Virus record (IMG/VR): IMGVR_UViG_3300018891_000001
Span: 1-64,000 of that record
Length of the DNA stretch: 64,000 nt
Reading direction: 5' to 3' (one strand)
Below, one piece after another: positions 36,271 to 47,558 of the stretch. The notes beneath the pieces were generated by a model. The model made no database searches, had not been told where the DNA came from, and was given only the letters and a program-made list of their open reading frames with translations. Position 1 is the stretch's first letter, and each line of letters opens with the position of its first letter. The translations under genes and the position numbers were made by a program.

Positions 36271-37607
36271 GGTATACATTGAAGGAACATCAAGAAAAAA
36301 AGTTGATTTCCGGTCAAGATTTAGTAGAAAGTATAGGGATTTTAGGAAAAATCAAACCGGATACAGTAACAAAGTTGACGGAATCTGCTAAAGGAAAGAA
36401 AAATCGAAAATTAATTGTTCAAATGGAAGCAATTCACGTAGGACGCACAGCTAACTATACGTTCTATACAGAAGAAGGATTGCGAGCGGGACTAGAATCC
36501 TGGACACACCCGTATAATAAGCCAGTTTTAACACATCACAATGCCTATAGTGGTGAGCCAATTGGTCGTATTCTCCGAGCAGAATTTGCGGAGTCTACCT
36601 TATCGGGTCGAAAAGGTTTGATTTTTACATGTGAAATCACAGACCCGGATGCGATTGAGAAAATTCTAGATGGTCGCTATCAAACAGTATCCATTGGTGC
36701 GACGACAGATAAAGTGACATGCAATATCTGTGGAACCGATCGCACAAAGGAATGGTGCGAGCATTGGCGTGGAGAAGAATACGAAGGTCAAACCTGTCAT
36801 TTTATTATTGGTACCACATATGGTCGAGAAGTATCGTATGTCAATGTTCCTGCTGACGAAAATGCAGGAAATATTTCGGTGACGATTGAGGATGAAGATG
36901 ATAATGGTACCAAAGAATCAGCCGTCCTTCAAATCTTCCAAATTGCCGAGGGCTTGATGCAAAACATCAACCTTCCGGATGTGAATTTGTATGAGAGTGC
37001 AAGTGATGATCTTAAAAAGTTAATTGATGGATTGCTAGATTTAGAAGAAGGGAGCGCACCAAAGATGGGTCAAGGAAATCAAACACCAGGTCAAACACCA
37101 ATCAATGAGTCTGAATTACAGACAAAATTAACAGAAGCTAATAATCGTATTTCTGCTTTAGAAACAGAGCTTCAAGAAACAAAAAATGCTTTGGCCAATA
37201 TAACAATTGAAAAGTCCAAAGTCGATACATTACTTACAGAATCTCAAGCAGAAGTAGAACGGTTAACAAACGAAAATGCTGAGCTTGCGGCAAAAGCGCA
37301 TCGAGCTTTGGCTGAAAAGGTAGTAGATATGAAACTATTCCTTCGTAAATCTGATGTCATTGGTATGACACGAGAGCAAGCTATTGAAGACCATATTCAG
37401 CGAACAGAAGAATCATTAAACGACGCTGTAAAAGATCTACAGGCAGAAATGCAAAATACAAATGCGATGCGTGGAGTTGTGGTAAATCCAGGCTACGCAG
37501 GCGATGATAATAATCCAAATCAACCACAAGAACAACAAGAGTCAAAAATGACAGTGGATGAAGCTGTCAACATGTTTAAAGGCATGTTTGGCCGCAAAAG
37601 ACGATAA
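36267..37607 (+). CDS. Prohead protease fused to coiled-coil scaffold
   Basis: PVLTHH, IGRI, TVSIG and EVSYVNVPAD motifs; CxxC..C.H insert; long C-terminal coiled coil. Confidence 0.8.
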   Translation: MRYTLKEHQEKKLISGQDLVESIGILGKIKPDTVTKLTESAKGKKNRKLIVQMEAIHVGRTANYTFYTEEGLRAGLESWTHPYNKPVLTHHNAYSGEPIGRILRAEFAESTLSGRKGLIFTCEITDPDAIEKILDGRYQTVSIGATTDKVTCNICGTDRTKEWCEHWRGEEYEGQTCHFIIGTTYGREVSYVNVPADENAGNISVTIEDEDDNGTKESAVLQIFQIAEGLMQNINLPDVNLYESASDDLKKLIDGLLDLEEGSAPKMGQGNQTPGQTPINESELQTKLTEANNRISALETELQETKNALANITIEKSKVDTLLTESQAEVERLTNENAELAAKAHRALAEKVVDMKLFLRKSDVIGMTREQAIEDHIQRTEESLNDAVKDLQAEMQNTNAMRGVVVNPGYAGDDNNPNQPQEQQESKMTVDEAVNMFKGMFGRKRR

Positions 37608-37624
37608 GAAGGAGTGAAAATGAG

Positions 37625-38848
37625 ATGGCATTATTCAAAGGTATTACTGGCCCTTTAAGAGATACGCCAGACCAAAAATTTAGAACAAACACAAAACTAC
37701 AAGCAGGTACACACGACTCGCCAGGTGAGAAATTTTTAGTGGACCCACGTCTACCACGTTTATTCCGTTATCATTTTGGTGGCGATGGATGGGTAGTTAT
37801 TCCAAAAGGTCGTGTTGTTGCTCCAGCAACTAATGGTGGCAAAAATGACGATGGACGTTTTGAAGACTTTGATTTAGGCGTGCCATACAATGCACTTACT
37901 CTTGCTAACGGTGGCGTTGATGTCACAGAAGTGGGACGTGATGGAAACGAATATGTGCGAACAGCTAACAAACCAATTGGTGTGGCATACGCTAACTTAT
38001 ACGAGCAATTCTTGGATGGTTTTAATGGATTCCAGCCAACAGTTGAAAATGAAATCTATATTGAACTGCCTTACATTCCGAATAAATCAGATGCGTATGA
38101 AATTCACTGGGGTGCTTTCTATGATGTTGATCCAACACGCCCAGTTAAAGCTGGCGATTTTGTAATGCCAGATGAGTACGGATATGTAATTAAAGCAGAC
38201 TTTGAGAAAATCCGTGAGCAAATCGAGAGTGCGACCACATTAGAAGAATTAAAGGCAGCATTAAAAGAAGAATCTCGTATGCGTGAGCAAGTCATTGGAC
38301 AAGTATGGGCTGTTGAGACAAACCTTCCACCGCATGGTTGGTTAAAATGGGTTGGATGGTCGCAAGAAGATATGAAAGAGGATGAATGGAGACTCGCAAC
38401 GGGTGCTCGTACAGAAGATATTGGAGCTCAAGACGGATTCCCTGGATATCCATATGAAAGAACATATCGCAATTGGGATGTACGCTCTAATAAATATTAT
38501 CCACAAGGTATTCCGGGATTAACAAATGGCTCTAATATTGAAGTGCCTTTCACGAATGAAGTAATTGGTCAAATTCAGCCAGGCGCATCTGGTCGTCATG
38601 ACTTCTTCTTGCTGCATACTCCTGCAGTTGAAGGTACGGTAGAAATCTTTGTTGGTGGTCAAAAAATCACTCCAGACTATGTGGATGTCGTATCTGGTCG
38701 TGTGGTATTCAGTTATGACAACACGAACGGTACAACTCCGCTAGATGTTACAGCAACATACAAAGCAACTGGACAAATTCCGGGTGTACCAACTGGTTGG
38801 GACTTCAAAGGTTCTATCGGTGCTGTACGCATCCTGTTACAAAAGTAA
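37625..38848 (+). CDS. Head decoration/minor capsid protein
   Basis: Between protease and MCP; C-terminal beta module (DYVDVVSGRVVF). Confidence 0.55.
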   Translation: MALFKGITGPLRDTPDQKFRTNTKLQAGTHDSPGEKFLVDPRLPRLFRYHFGGDGWVVIPKGRVVAPATNGGKNDDGRFEDFDLGVPYNALTLANGGVDVTEVGRDGNEYVRTANKPIGVAYANLYEQFLDGFNGFQPTVENEIYIELPYIPNKSDAYEIHWGAFYDVDPTRPVKAGDFVMPDEYGYVIKADFEKIREQIESATTLEELKAALKEESRMREQVIGQVWAVETNLPPHGWLKWVGWSQEDMKEDEWRLATGARTEDIGAQDGFPGYPYERTYRNWDVRSNKYYPQGIPGLTNGSNIEVPFTNEVIGQIQPGASGRHDFFLLHTPAVEGTVEIFVGGQKITPDYVDVVSGRVVFSYDNTNGTTPLDVTATYKATGQIPGVPTGWDFKGSIGAVRILLQK

Positions 38849-38866
38849 GAAGGGAGACAAAACAAG

Positions 38867-39952
38867 ATGAGATATATTAATGAACATGAGCTTTCTGAAC
38901 AATCCCTTGACGTTCTAAGACGAATGAAACGTCAATTGGATTTAAGTGAAGACTGGACGCAGATTCCAAAATCTGAATTAGTAACAGTGAAAGAAGCATT
39001 AACTACACAAGATGCATCGATTTTAATTCCTCGTGTAATTACAGGGCTTATGCGTGAAGCAGCAGAGCCTTATTACATCGGTTCTGATTTATTACAAAAA
39101 GTTCGTTTAACAGAAGGTCGCTCTATTGAGTTTCCATCTATCGGTGCAATGCGTGCGCATGACATCGGGGAATCTCAAAGCTACTTAGAAGAAACTGTAG
39201 ACTTCCAACTTCACAGAACACAAGAAGTGAAGGTTGGTAAGTCAGGTATGGTTGTCCGTGTAACAGATGAGATGATCAATGACTCTCAATGGGATGTTAT
39301 TGGTATCTTAGTTCGCAAAGCGGGGGAAGCGATGGCTCGCTTAAAAGAAGAAAAAATCTTCAATAACTTCTCTAAACACGGCCATATTGTCTTTGATAAT
39401 GATATTCGCCAAAAGTATCCAGAAGCAGGCACAACAGGTATGGATATTGAAGGCAACCTTAATAACACAATGTCTACAGAAGACATGATTGACCTGTTTA
39501 TCGCTGTCATGGCAAATGGATACAATCCAACAGATGTGCTCATGCATCCATTAACATGGTCTGTTTTCTTTAAAAATGACATTATGCAATCTTTAACACA
39601 TGCTGCTTTAGGTGGTTCTCAAATCACAAACTTACAAATTACACCGGAGCAAGTGCAAGGACGTATTCCATTCTCTATTAATATTAACTTTACACCATTT
39701 GCGCCGTTTAACTACGAAACAAAGAAATTTGATATGTACGTAGTGGATCGCAATAATATCGGTATCTTACTAGAAAAAGAGCCACTCACAACAGAACAAT
39801 TTGACGATCCAATGCGTGATATCCAAACGATTAAAGTAAAAGAACGTTACGGTATCGGAATCTTAAATGAGGGTAAAGCGGTAGCAACTGCTCGCAACTT
39901 AGCGTTCGAGAAGTCTTACCCGGCTCCGGATCGCATCAAGATTGTATCTTAA
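38867..39952 (+). CDS. Major capsid protein (HK97-like)
   Basis: 361 aa; ASILIPRVI, KERYGIGILNEG; position in head module; followed by a terminator. Confidence 0.85.
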   Translation: MRYINEHELSEQSLDVLRRMKRQLDLSEDWTQIPKSELVTVKEALTTQDASILIPRVITGLMREAAEPYYIGSDLLQKVRLTEGRSIEFPSIGAMRAHDIGESQSYLEETVDFQLHRTQEVKVGKSGMVVRVTDEMINDSQWDVIGILVRKAGEAMARLKEEKIFNNFSKHGHIVFDNDIRQKYPEAGTTGMDIEGNLNNTMSTEDMIDLFIAVMANGYNPTDVLMHPLTWSVFFKNDIMQSLTHAALGGSQITNLQITPEQVQGRIPFSININFTPFAPFNYETKKFDMYVVDRNNIGILLEKEPLTTEQFDDPMRDIQTIKVKERYGIGILNEGKAVATARNLAFEKSYPAPDRIKIVS

Positions 39953-39969
39953 TAGTTTATTAGAAACGC

Positions 39970-40006
39970 TAAAAGCGGGGGAATGAAGTTTCGTTCGCCC
40001 GCTTTT
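39970..40006 (+). terminator. Terminator after the major capsid gene
   Basis: AAAAGCGGG ... CCCGCTTTT inverted repeat. Confidence 0.6.
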
Positions 40007-40032
40007 GTATTAAATCATAAGGAGGAAATAGT

Positions 40033-40578
40033 ATGCCTGAATTAACATTAGGTTTGGCACCAGGAAAGGTAAGTTATTACGATAAGCATACAAATTTGTA
40101 TTTGACGTTAGAAAAGCCAGTACAAAAATTTGTATATCAAGATTATCGTCAATTAGAAGGAATTGCTCATGCATTATTAGCTTCAGTTCCCGCTCTTGTG
40201 CTGTATGAAGGAACATTGCCACAAGAAGCTATTGATACATGGAAGGCTAAATATAATAAAATTTTCTATTCTCCGAAAACACGCAATATTGTTGAAAACG
40301 GTAAAGTGATTGGTACAGTTCCATATGCGGATCCGGTTCGTAATAGTATGGATTACATAGGTCGTCCAATTACATCTAATCGTGCTTTTGACCGTGCTGA
40401 TGAAGCTTCTAATAATGTATCAACAATGGCTGCAGAAGAAGCAGAAGAAGTAAAGGTGCTATCAGACGTTGTTGAGGAAGTGAAGGAAACAGAGCAACTA
40501 GAAAATGAGGAAACAATAGCAGAAGAAAAGAAAACGACTTCACGCAAAAGAGGCGCAAGCAGCAAATCTGAAAAGTAA
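40033..40578 (+). CDS. Virion-associated hypothetical protein
   Basis: ORF track; acidic/basic C-terminal tail. Confidence 0.7.
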   Translation: MPELTLGLAPGKVSYYDKHTNLYLTLEKPVQKFVYQDYRQLEGIAHALLASVPALVLYEGTLPQEAIDTWKAKYNKIFYSPKTRNIVENGKVIGTVPYADPVRNSMDYIGRPITSNRAFDRADEASNNVSTMAAEEAEEVKVLSDVVEEVKETEQLENEETIAEEKKTTSRKRGASSKSEK

Positions 40579-40601
40579 ATTAGGGAAAGGCGGTAGGGGT
40601 C

Positions 40602-42716
40602 ATGCCACTGGAATCGCAGTTTTCTGTGCAAGTCACACAGCCTTACCTAAATAATACATTCCCAATTAGATCTAAAGAGCCACATGATGATCGAATTTTT
40701 AAACACATCACATTTCCCGATAACCATGATTCTCTTACACTTCGTTTACGCACCATTAATCGAAACTATATCACAGAATCTAGTGTGTTACAAAAACAAA
40801 TTCGCACCAATATTTCATCTAGTGATTTAGAGAAGGATATTTTTCGAGTTAAAGCCGTGCTGTCTCAATCAGACCACGGCATCCTTGAATCACATTGGGT
40901 GACACAAAAAGAGATAAACGCCCTTTCCGTGTCTACACATAATCAATATCGAATTCGAGGAATTTCCCGTGAAAATTGGAAAAGTGATTGGGTTTATTCA
41001 GAATTAAGAGATGCTGAGAACGATTTAATTATTTATAACATGCTCTATGATATTCTCGATCTCCTGATGAGTGTTCATGATGATCAAATCGATTATGTAA
41101 TGGATTATATTGTTCGTGACACATTCTTGCAGATCATCAAAGAGAATATCCCTCAATTTTCCACTAGTCTAGAGCAGGAGGAATTATTAGAGGCAAATAT
41201 AGAGGAAATCGTTTCTTTCTTGGCTTCACATTTGCAAAATCATCCTAAAGAACAGATGGTTACTGAACTAGGAGAAGCATTTCTTATTTTATCACGAGAG
41301 TTAAAAAAAGAGTTCCAAGAAAGTGTAATGGCATCACCCCTAGAGTTTTCTGATCTATATCGCTCATACCGATTACTCGAGCAATATCAGCACAAGAAGA
41401 ATGATGCCCTGTACCTTCTTGTAGACATCTTTCTTGAAGACCGGTTAGAAAAAATTCTTCAAAATGCCGATATTGAAGTATTATTGCAAAACCAAGAAGA
41501 AATGGGCATTTATTTGAATGGCAAGTATGATTTTAATATTAAAAACGAGTTAATCACATCTATGTACCATGCATCGCCTAACGAGAACTTTGTAACAAGT
41601 CTGAATGATGCAGTACAATTGTTATCAGAACCTATCGTGTACGAACATCTAGTGTATCAAAAGGATGAGTCAGTAGAGAAATTCATGCGTTTAGCACTTC
41701 GAGAGCTTTATGCACCTTTTGCCGCTATCGATATTCGATTGGCTGAACTTGAGCACGCTTTGGAAGACGCATATGGCTTGGATATAATTGGCAATGTCAT
41801 TGAATATGCAACTAAGATAGATGACTATGAGCTTCGAAATTTGCTCTTAAACGATATAATCAGTTCTGTTATCCAAGGAGACTTGGATATGAAGAAAGAT
41901 TATGAAATATGGATTTTGGACCATATGTTGAATTTATTCAAAGATTCAAGAAAAGCTTTATTAATAGAATATCGTTTTCCAGAATTTTTTGAAGTCATCA
42001 TGGATATTGGTGAATCATTTCGGCATACTTATCGAACCACACTAGAACAAACGCATGAATCCATGACAAACGAGATAACGGAATCATCTCGAATACATGC
42101 GACTGCTTGGGGTTCTTTATTAAAGGAATCTTATACAATAGCCTTGCAATCTACACATCAACTTGCAAAAGTAAAAGACATCAAAGATTATCATGAAAAT
42201 ACTCATATAGGACTTCTTGACTATGCTGAAATGTATTGCAAGTGGTTAAAAAAGCAGATAGACGAAAGCTTTATAGCCATGATACGAAATCATGTCAAAC
42301 ATCATCTTACGGATATTGAACAAGATATTCAGGAAGATCTGTTGTCGAATCCGTTGGATATAGCATGGTTGCACGTTATTCAAACGCATTTTTCTATCCA
42401 CGATGAGTCTTTAATATCGCTGAGGGGTTCTGTTGATCAAGAAGTAATCATCTCCAATTGGGAGCAAGATGAGTATAAGTCCATTCTTCCGAAAGAAGTG
42501 TATCACAACTTGTTTAAACACCATCTTCGAGATCCAAATAAATACCGAATCTTAGAGAAAAAACAAACAGAATTATCTCATGAATTGCGTGATGTGTTTA
42601 AAATGGATGGAACAGATATTGTGCAATATGCATTAGGAGATATAACAAAAGATTGGCCTTTAGGAGTCTTTAGACTGGGTACGAATACATTAAAAGGTGA
42701 GGTGTCAAATTTATGA
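40602..42716 (+). CDS. Hypothetical structural protein, 704 aa
   Basis: ORF track. Confidence 0.75.
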   Translation: MPLESQFSVQVTQPYLNNTFPIRSKEPHDDRIFKHITFPDNHDSLTLRLRTINRNYITESSVLQKQIRTNISSSDLEKDIFRVKAVLSQSDHGILESHWVTQKEINALSVSTHNQYRIRGISRENWKSDWVYSELRDAENDLIIYNMLYDILDLLMSVHDDQIDYVMDYIVRDTFLQIIKENIPQFSTSLEQEELLEANIEEIVSFLASHLQNHPKEQMVTELGEAFLILSRELKKEFQESVMASPLEFSDLYRSYRLLEQYQHKKNDALYLLVDIFLEDRLEKILQNADIEVLLQNQEEMGIYLNGKYDFNIKNELITSMYHASPNENFVTSLNDAVQLLSEPIVYEHLVYQKDESVEKFMRLALRELYAPFAAIDIRLAELEHALEDAYGLDIIGNVIEYATKIDDYELRNLLLNDIISSVIQGDLDMKKDYEIWILDHMLNLFKDSRKALLIEYRFPEFFEVIMDIGESFRHTYRTTLEQTHESMTNEITESSRIHATAWGSLLKESYTIALQSTHQLAKVKDIKDYHENTHIGLLDYAEMYCKWLKKQIDESFIAMIRNHVKHHLTDIEQDIQEDLLSNPLDIAWLHVIQTHFSIHDESLISLRGSVDQEVIISNWEQDEYKSILPKEVYHNLFKHHLRDPNKYRILEKKQTELSHELRDVFKMDGTDIVQYALGDITKDWPLGVFRLGTNTLKGEVSNL

Positions 42717-44854
42717 ATTTAAATGTTATTAATAAGCTTTTATCTGTTTTCCCAGAAGGAGAAAAGAAAGAATCCCTACGTCAAAAACTTCATGCGTTGA
42801 CCATGAAATCTAAGAAGCGAGGTGGAGATGGATTGCAAGATACATTTGAACTTCAACCAAAAGGTCACATTAAAATCGAAGCGATTGATGAACACGGAAA
42901 TGTTGTTGGCGTTTTAGCTGATCAATCCAATCTAGTTGTTCATGGAGCAGAAGAAATTCTCTTACGTGCATTCTCAGGTGATCCTAGCCGTATTCTTTAC
43001 AAAAATCGTGTGGTGAAAGCTGCAAATGGTATAACACCAAAAATCTATATTTCCGAAAGCAAATTGAGTGGATCTCCAATTGTAAGTAATGGAAAAGTGA
43101 TTCATTCGCCAAACGTTCTATGGGAAGTAGTTGATGATAGTTTATTTGATGTGTCTTACGGATATATTCCGAATACCGTTTATATTAAAGAAGAAGCATC
43201 TACAGAACCTGGAAAACGAGCATTTACGATTTCAAATGCACCTGATGTTAATCGTGTTCCTATGAGTGCAGAAATTTATTCAACTTATACAAATTTATTC
43301 ATTGGAATCGGAGAAGGAAAGAATTATTCTGTTCCATTAACGGATTCACGCTTACAGTTTTCGGAAGAATTCACTGTAACAGAGAATCGAGCAGAAGCTA
43401 CTCAAGAAGGAGCAAGTTTAGAAGTAACGGCAAAAATAAGTAATTTTAAAGTGGAGTTAGAAAAATCTAATACAGGTGCACAAGTCGATGTCTACGTGAA
43501 TGGACTTCTCCGTGAAACGATTGAAACATTTGATAGTGAATTATCTGAGCCAGATGTATTCGTGTATGAATTAGAAGGACTCGACCATGAAACGGAGACA
43601 ACCATCCGTTTGGTTCATTCGGGTTCTGATTCTGCTGTTACAACTCCGGTCATGGCAATTACGGGATTTTACTTTGATGCATTGGATAAAAAGATGAATG
43701 GCCTTATTAAAGAGTTTAAAAACTTTGAAACAGAATTTCATACACCAACATCTTTTAATACAACCCCAATGGCTCCGTATACCATCCAACTGCCATATTT
43801 CCCATTAAAACAAGGGACTATTCAAGTGCAGTATGAGGGGACACAATTTACAGAGGTATCCGATGCGACTCAATTAACTGATACATCATTTGCTGTAGAT
43901 TATTTACATGGAACATTAATATTTAATCGTGCGTTAACAGGGGTTATGGTCACATATGCCATTACCGGTGAAATTTATGACGCTGAATTAGTTTCTACGA
44001 TGACTGCAGGGACAGTGGCAGTGCCGACTCAGCAGGAAAAAACAGTAACGGGTGGAGCTGTAAATGGAGTTAAGGATGGGAGTAACCGAGTATTTACACT
44101 AGGACGCACCAATATCAAATCGAATACGGTTGTTGTATATAAGAATAACAATCCTTTACAAGTAGGACCAACAGGAGATATCGAATCTATTGATTATCAA
44201 ACAGGAACCATTGTATTCCATAATGGTAAACAACCTATTTCAAGTGACGCACTAAAAGCAGACTACGTGTACTTTGAAACTGTCACCGTCAATGTGGCTG
44301 TTAATAAGTATCAAACCGCTCATGTAATTAAAGAAGGCACTGTTCGCATCCTTGATCAAAACGGCAATGAGTTACAAAGTGTGAATAATGCTGCTGACTT
44401 TGGAAATGGAAAGTTTATGGTAGATGCCACTAATAAAAAATTGATTCATATTGCCGCAAAAAACGCCCAAGGAGAAAACATTACGAAAGTAGAAGTCATC
44501 TATAAGTCAGATGAAAAACCAGGTGTTCCAACCCATTATACTCGTGCAGTTATTGAAAAACCAAAAACAGCTAACGAATACCCATGGTTTGAGTTAGATA
44601 AGGGTGCTGTTAAATTTGTAGCAGAATTTCCAGAATTAAAGCCGGTTCATAATATTACAATCCGAGAAATGGGATTATTTGATGGACCACGTGTAGAAGA
44701 CAATATTGAAGGGTTCCGCAATTATCCTGTTAAAGCCTTTTCACTTGTTCGAGTGGGTGAAGCTCGTAAAGAATCCAGTACGGGAATTCGTGTAACGTGG
44801 ACTATTACACTCTTAAACTCAGATGGTCAACCATTCCAAGGCGGTAGAAACTAA
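42713..44854 (+). CDS. Fibre/collar-like structural protein
   Basis: N-terminal KGHIKIE...NLVV and C-terminal IREMGLF...IRVTWT halves flanking beta-rich modules. Confidence 0.6.
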   Translation: MNLNVINKLLSVFPEGEKKESLRQKLHALTMKSKKRGGDGLQDTFELQPKGHIKIEAIDEHGNVVGVLADQSNLVVHGAEEILLRAFSGDPSRILYKNRVVKAANGITPKIYISESKLSGSPIVSNGKVIHSPNVLWEVVDDSLFDVSYGYIPNTVYIKEEASTEPGKRAFTISNAPDVNRVPMSAEIYSTYTNLFIGIGEGKNYSVPLTDSRLQFSEEFTVTENRAEATQEGASLEVTAKISNFKVELEKSNTGAQVDVYVNGLLRETIETFDSELSEPDVFVYELEGLDHETETTIRLVHSGSDSAVTTPVMAITGFYFDALDKKMNGLIKEFKNFETEFHTPTSFNTTPMAPYTIQLPYFPLKQGTIQVQYEGTQFTEVSDATQLTDTSFAVDYLHGTLIFNRALTGVMVTYAITGEIYDAELVSTMTAGTVAVPTQQEKTVTGGAVNGVKDGSNRVFTLGRTNIKSNTVVVYKNNNPLQVGPTGDIESIDYQTGTIVFHNGKQPISSDALKADYVYFETVTVNVAVNKYQTAHVIKEGTVRILDQNGNELQSVNNAADFGNGKFMVDATNKKLIHIAAKNAQGENITKVEVIYKSDEKPGVPTHYTRAVIEKPKTANEYPWFELDKGAVKFVAEFPELKPVHNITIREMGLFDGPRVEDNIEGFRNYPVKAFSLVRVGEARKESSTGIRVTWTITLLNSDGQPFQGGRN

Positions 44855-44874
44855 TTTAAAGAGGTGAAAGAGGT

Positions 44875-46671
44875 ATGTTGAAAGATGTTTCATCAATGAA
44901 TCCGAAAGGTCATGTGAAATTAGAATTATACAATGATGAAGGCGTGTTTTATACAAAAGAAAAGAAAAACTTAGTTGTTCAATCTGCTAATGAGATTGTA
45001 GCTCATATGATGGCTGATCCAGCGAAAGTACTTCGGATTAATCAAGTGGATAAGGGCGATTCTGCCCTTACCGCTAATTCCAATTCCCTTTATCCGTTTT
45101 CTTTAACGGTGCAACACGAGGTAAAAGGGCGATTAGAGAACAACTGGGGAACAACCAATACCAAAACAGAATTTCAGTTAGAAGAATTGAAAGGTATTAC
45201 AAGCTTAGATGCTGTCACAGTAGGAGACACTCAACTGGTGATTAATGAAGATGTTTTTGTAGTAGATGCAGAGGCTGGAAAAATTCAATTTGCACAAGCA
45301 CCGACGGATAATGTGGTGATTCGATTTCACAAAGTTAAAAATCCGTATATGAAAATGATTGTGGGAACAGAAACGGTTACAGTAAATGGTGTTCCTTGGA
45401 AGCGTGCAACTGTTGCTAATAATGCCCAGAAAAAATACCAAGTGGACTATCGAACAGGAGAAATTTTATTCCAATCTCCGGTAAGTAATGTAGAAGTAAA
45501 ATATGATTACCATATGAATTATTGCTTAGGATTTATGGCTTTAGGTGGAAAGCCAAATAGTTCCCACCCAAATTATCAGCCGGTAGAGTTTGGTCATTCC
45601 AACCGTTTGGATACATTTATGAAAAACGAACTGCCAGGTTCTCGTATGCCGATTATGTATCCAGCTTCTGTGTCTAATGGAGCAACCGAATTAGAACCGG
45701 CAATTCCGACTCAGCCAATTGCGTCTGTACAGAAAACAGCAACCGTTACTATTATAGACACTGGTGACGGTACAACGAAGCAATTGGTTTATGATCTGCC
45801 AAATATACATGATAGTGGTTCGGGTGCAGCTGGACGTACGCTTCTAGAATTAGTGACAGTGAAAAACGTGACATTAAATAATGCAGATATTTTAGCTGGA
45901 ACTAAAATCAAAACCAATACCTTCTCTTCCGTTAAAATTGAGTTTGCTTCCTCTGATGTCAATATCGGTGATAGTGTACAAGTAATTTATCGACTCAAAC
46001 TAGATAATCGTCATTTGACATATCAATTAGGTCAATCACCAGTAGTAAAGCTTATTAGTGTACGCCATATTGATGCCGTTGATAATACAAAGATTCGGGA
46101 ATATAACATCGTTGATAGTGGATTACGTCCAAATCAAGGGGATGTATGGATTTCTAATCCGAATACAGGGCATATCACGTTCAGTGAAAATCCAACGGGT
46201 GGACCACAAGTGCACACACCAGGTCAATTGCAAGTGGAATATATGGTGAATTCGGGTACGGTAGTGAAATTTGTAGCAGACTTCCCTAAAGGAGTACCTG
46301 CACCGGTGCTTGAAGATACGACGAAAGTTGTCAATGTTGTATCTGGACAAACAACGATTACATTGGATTATCCGATTGCTAAGAATGAACAAGGTGTATT
46401 TATCGAACCAGAAGTGATTATTAATGGAACTAAGCTATCGTCTAGTGATTACACAATTTCAGTGGATGGAAAGTCTATTACTCCAAATAGCTTGAGCGCA
46501 GGGCAAACTGTAACCGTGAAACACAAATATGAGAAAACAACTCATGACATTTATCAGGTTGCCATGTTTGATGATAAAGTGGGCGGAAAAATGTTCAATA
46601 TTTCCGGCATTGGGCCTGTAACCAAAGATAAGAATACAGGAATGCGTGTAACATGGTCCGTCACGTTCTAA
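44875..46671 (+). CDS. Fibre/collar-like structural protein, paralogue of the previous gene
   Basis: KGHVKLE...NLVV and QVAMF...MRVTWSVTF; VDY.TG.I.F modules. Confidence 0.6.
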   Translation: MLKDVSSMNPKGHVKLELYNDEGVFYTKEKKNLVVQSANEIVAHMMADPAKVLRINQVDKGDSALTANSNSLYPFSLTVQHEVKGRLENNWGTTNTKTEFQLEELKGITSLDAVTVGDTQLVINEDVFVVDAEAGKIQFAQAPTDNVVIRFHKVKNPYMKMIVGTETVTVNGVPWKRATVANNAQKKYQVDYRTGEILFQSPVSNVEVKYDYHMNYCLGFMALGGKPNSSHPNYQPVEFGHSNRLDTFMKNELPGSRMPIMYPASVSNGATELEPAIPTQPIASVQKTATVTIIDTGDGTTKQLVYDLPNIHDSGSGAAGRTLLELVTVKNVTLNNADILAGTKIKTNTFSSVKIEFASSDVNIGDSVQVIYRLKLDNRHLTYQLGQSPVVKLISVRHIDAVDNTKIREYNIVDSGLRPNQGDVWISNPNTGHITFSENPTGGPQVHTPGQLQVEYMVNSGTVVKFVADFPKGVPAPVLEDTTKVVNVVSGQTTITLDYPIAKNEQGVFIEPEVIINGTKLSSSDYTISVDGKSITPNSLSAGQTVTVKHKYEKTTHDIYQVAMFDDKVGGKMFNISGIGPVTKDKNTGMRVTWSVTF

Positions 46672-46681
46672 TAAGGAGGTC

Positions 46682-47212
46682 ATGTTTATGACAACTCCCC
46701 TTTATTCTGCAGACTATATGAAACGAATTGCCTTTTTAGATGGACAAATTCTTCATGATTTCCATTTAAATATTATGCAAAAAAACATCGCCGAGGCGAT
46801 TAAAGCAAAAACGACACGAGAAAAATATGATTTTTATCTTCTCGTGTCCCCTTACAATATGTACTTTCATGAACCGTTTATCAATACAAGTGAACGTGAT
46901 CCGGCTAGTACTGCACAGTTAAATTCATTAAGTTTTTCTATTAATTCCGGATCATGGGAAACAACACTACTAGAGCTTCCTAAGGCAACAAATGAAATTT
47001 ACTTAATTTCTAACTTTGAAGATTATCCATCAAAAGGGGCAACAGTGCATTTTTACTACAGAACTGCTATCGGGAATCAATGGATTCCCATCCAGCCAGA
47101 TCGCCCAATTTATTTATCGGTTCCTAGCCGATATTTTCAAATCAAAGTAGAGTGTTTATATACAGGTACTATTCGTCCGGTCGTTTATGATTTTGCTTTT
47201 ATGTGGAAATAG
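46682..47212 (+). CDS. Hypothetical structural protein
   Basis: ORF track; AAGGAGG RBS. Confidence 0.75.
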   Translation: MFMTTPLYSADYMKRIAFLDGQILHDFHLNIMQKNIAEAIKAKTTREKYDFYLLVSPYNMYFHEPFINTSERDPASTAQLNSLSFSINSGSWETTLLELPKATNEIYLISNFEDYPSKGATVHFYYRTAIGNQWIPIQPDRPIYLSVPSRYFQIKVECLYTGTIRPVVYDFAFMWK

Positions 47213-47224
47213 GAGGGATAATCA

Positions 47225-47551
47225 ATGGCATATGTGCGCCAACATCCTGATTATCCAAGATTCCGGATGAAAGTCGGGTCGATGCCTGACTTCTCCGGTT
47301 CTAGATATGCAGATCAGGAGATTCCAATGGGTACAATGAATGGGGTGAATCGGGTTTTTAGGCTTGCTCACCTGCCTATTCGATTGAGTGAACGCATTTA
47401 TAAAGATGGAATGATGATGGCCCGTGCTTCGAATCAAGCCATCACAGATGGAGATTATTATATAGACTATGAAACTGGTGAGATTATCTTTTCCGTAAAT
47501 CAAACACCTCAGCCTAAATCAGTGATTCGAGTAAGTTACAAATATATGTGA
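47225..47551 (+). CDS. Small beta-module structural protein
   Basis: GTMNGVNRVFRL...DYYIDYETGEIIF. Confidence 0.75.
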   Translation: MAYVRQHPDYPRFRMKVGSMPDFSGSRYADQEIPMGTMNGVNRVFRLAHLPIRLSERIYKDGMMMARASNQAITDGDYYIDYETGEIIFSVNQTPQPKSVIRVSYKYM

Positions 47552-47558
47552 AAGTGAT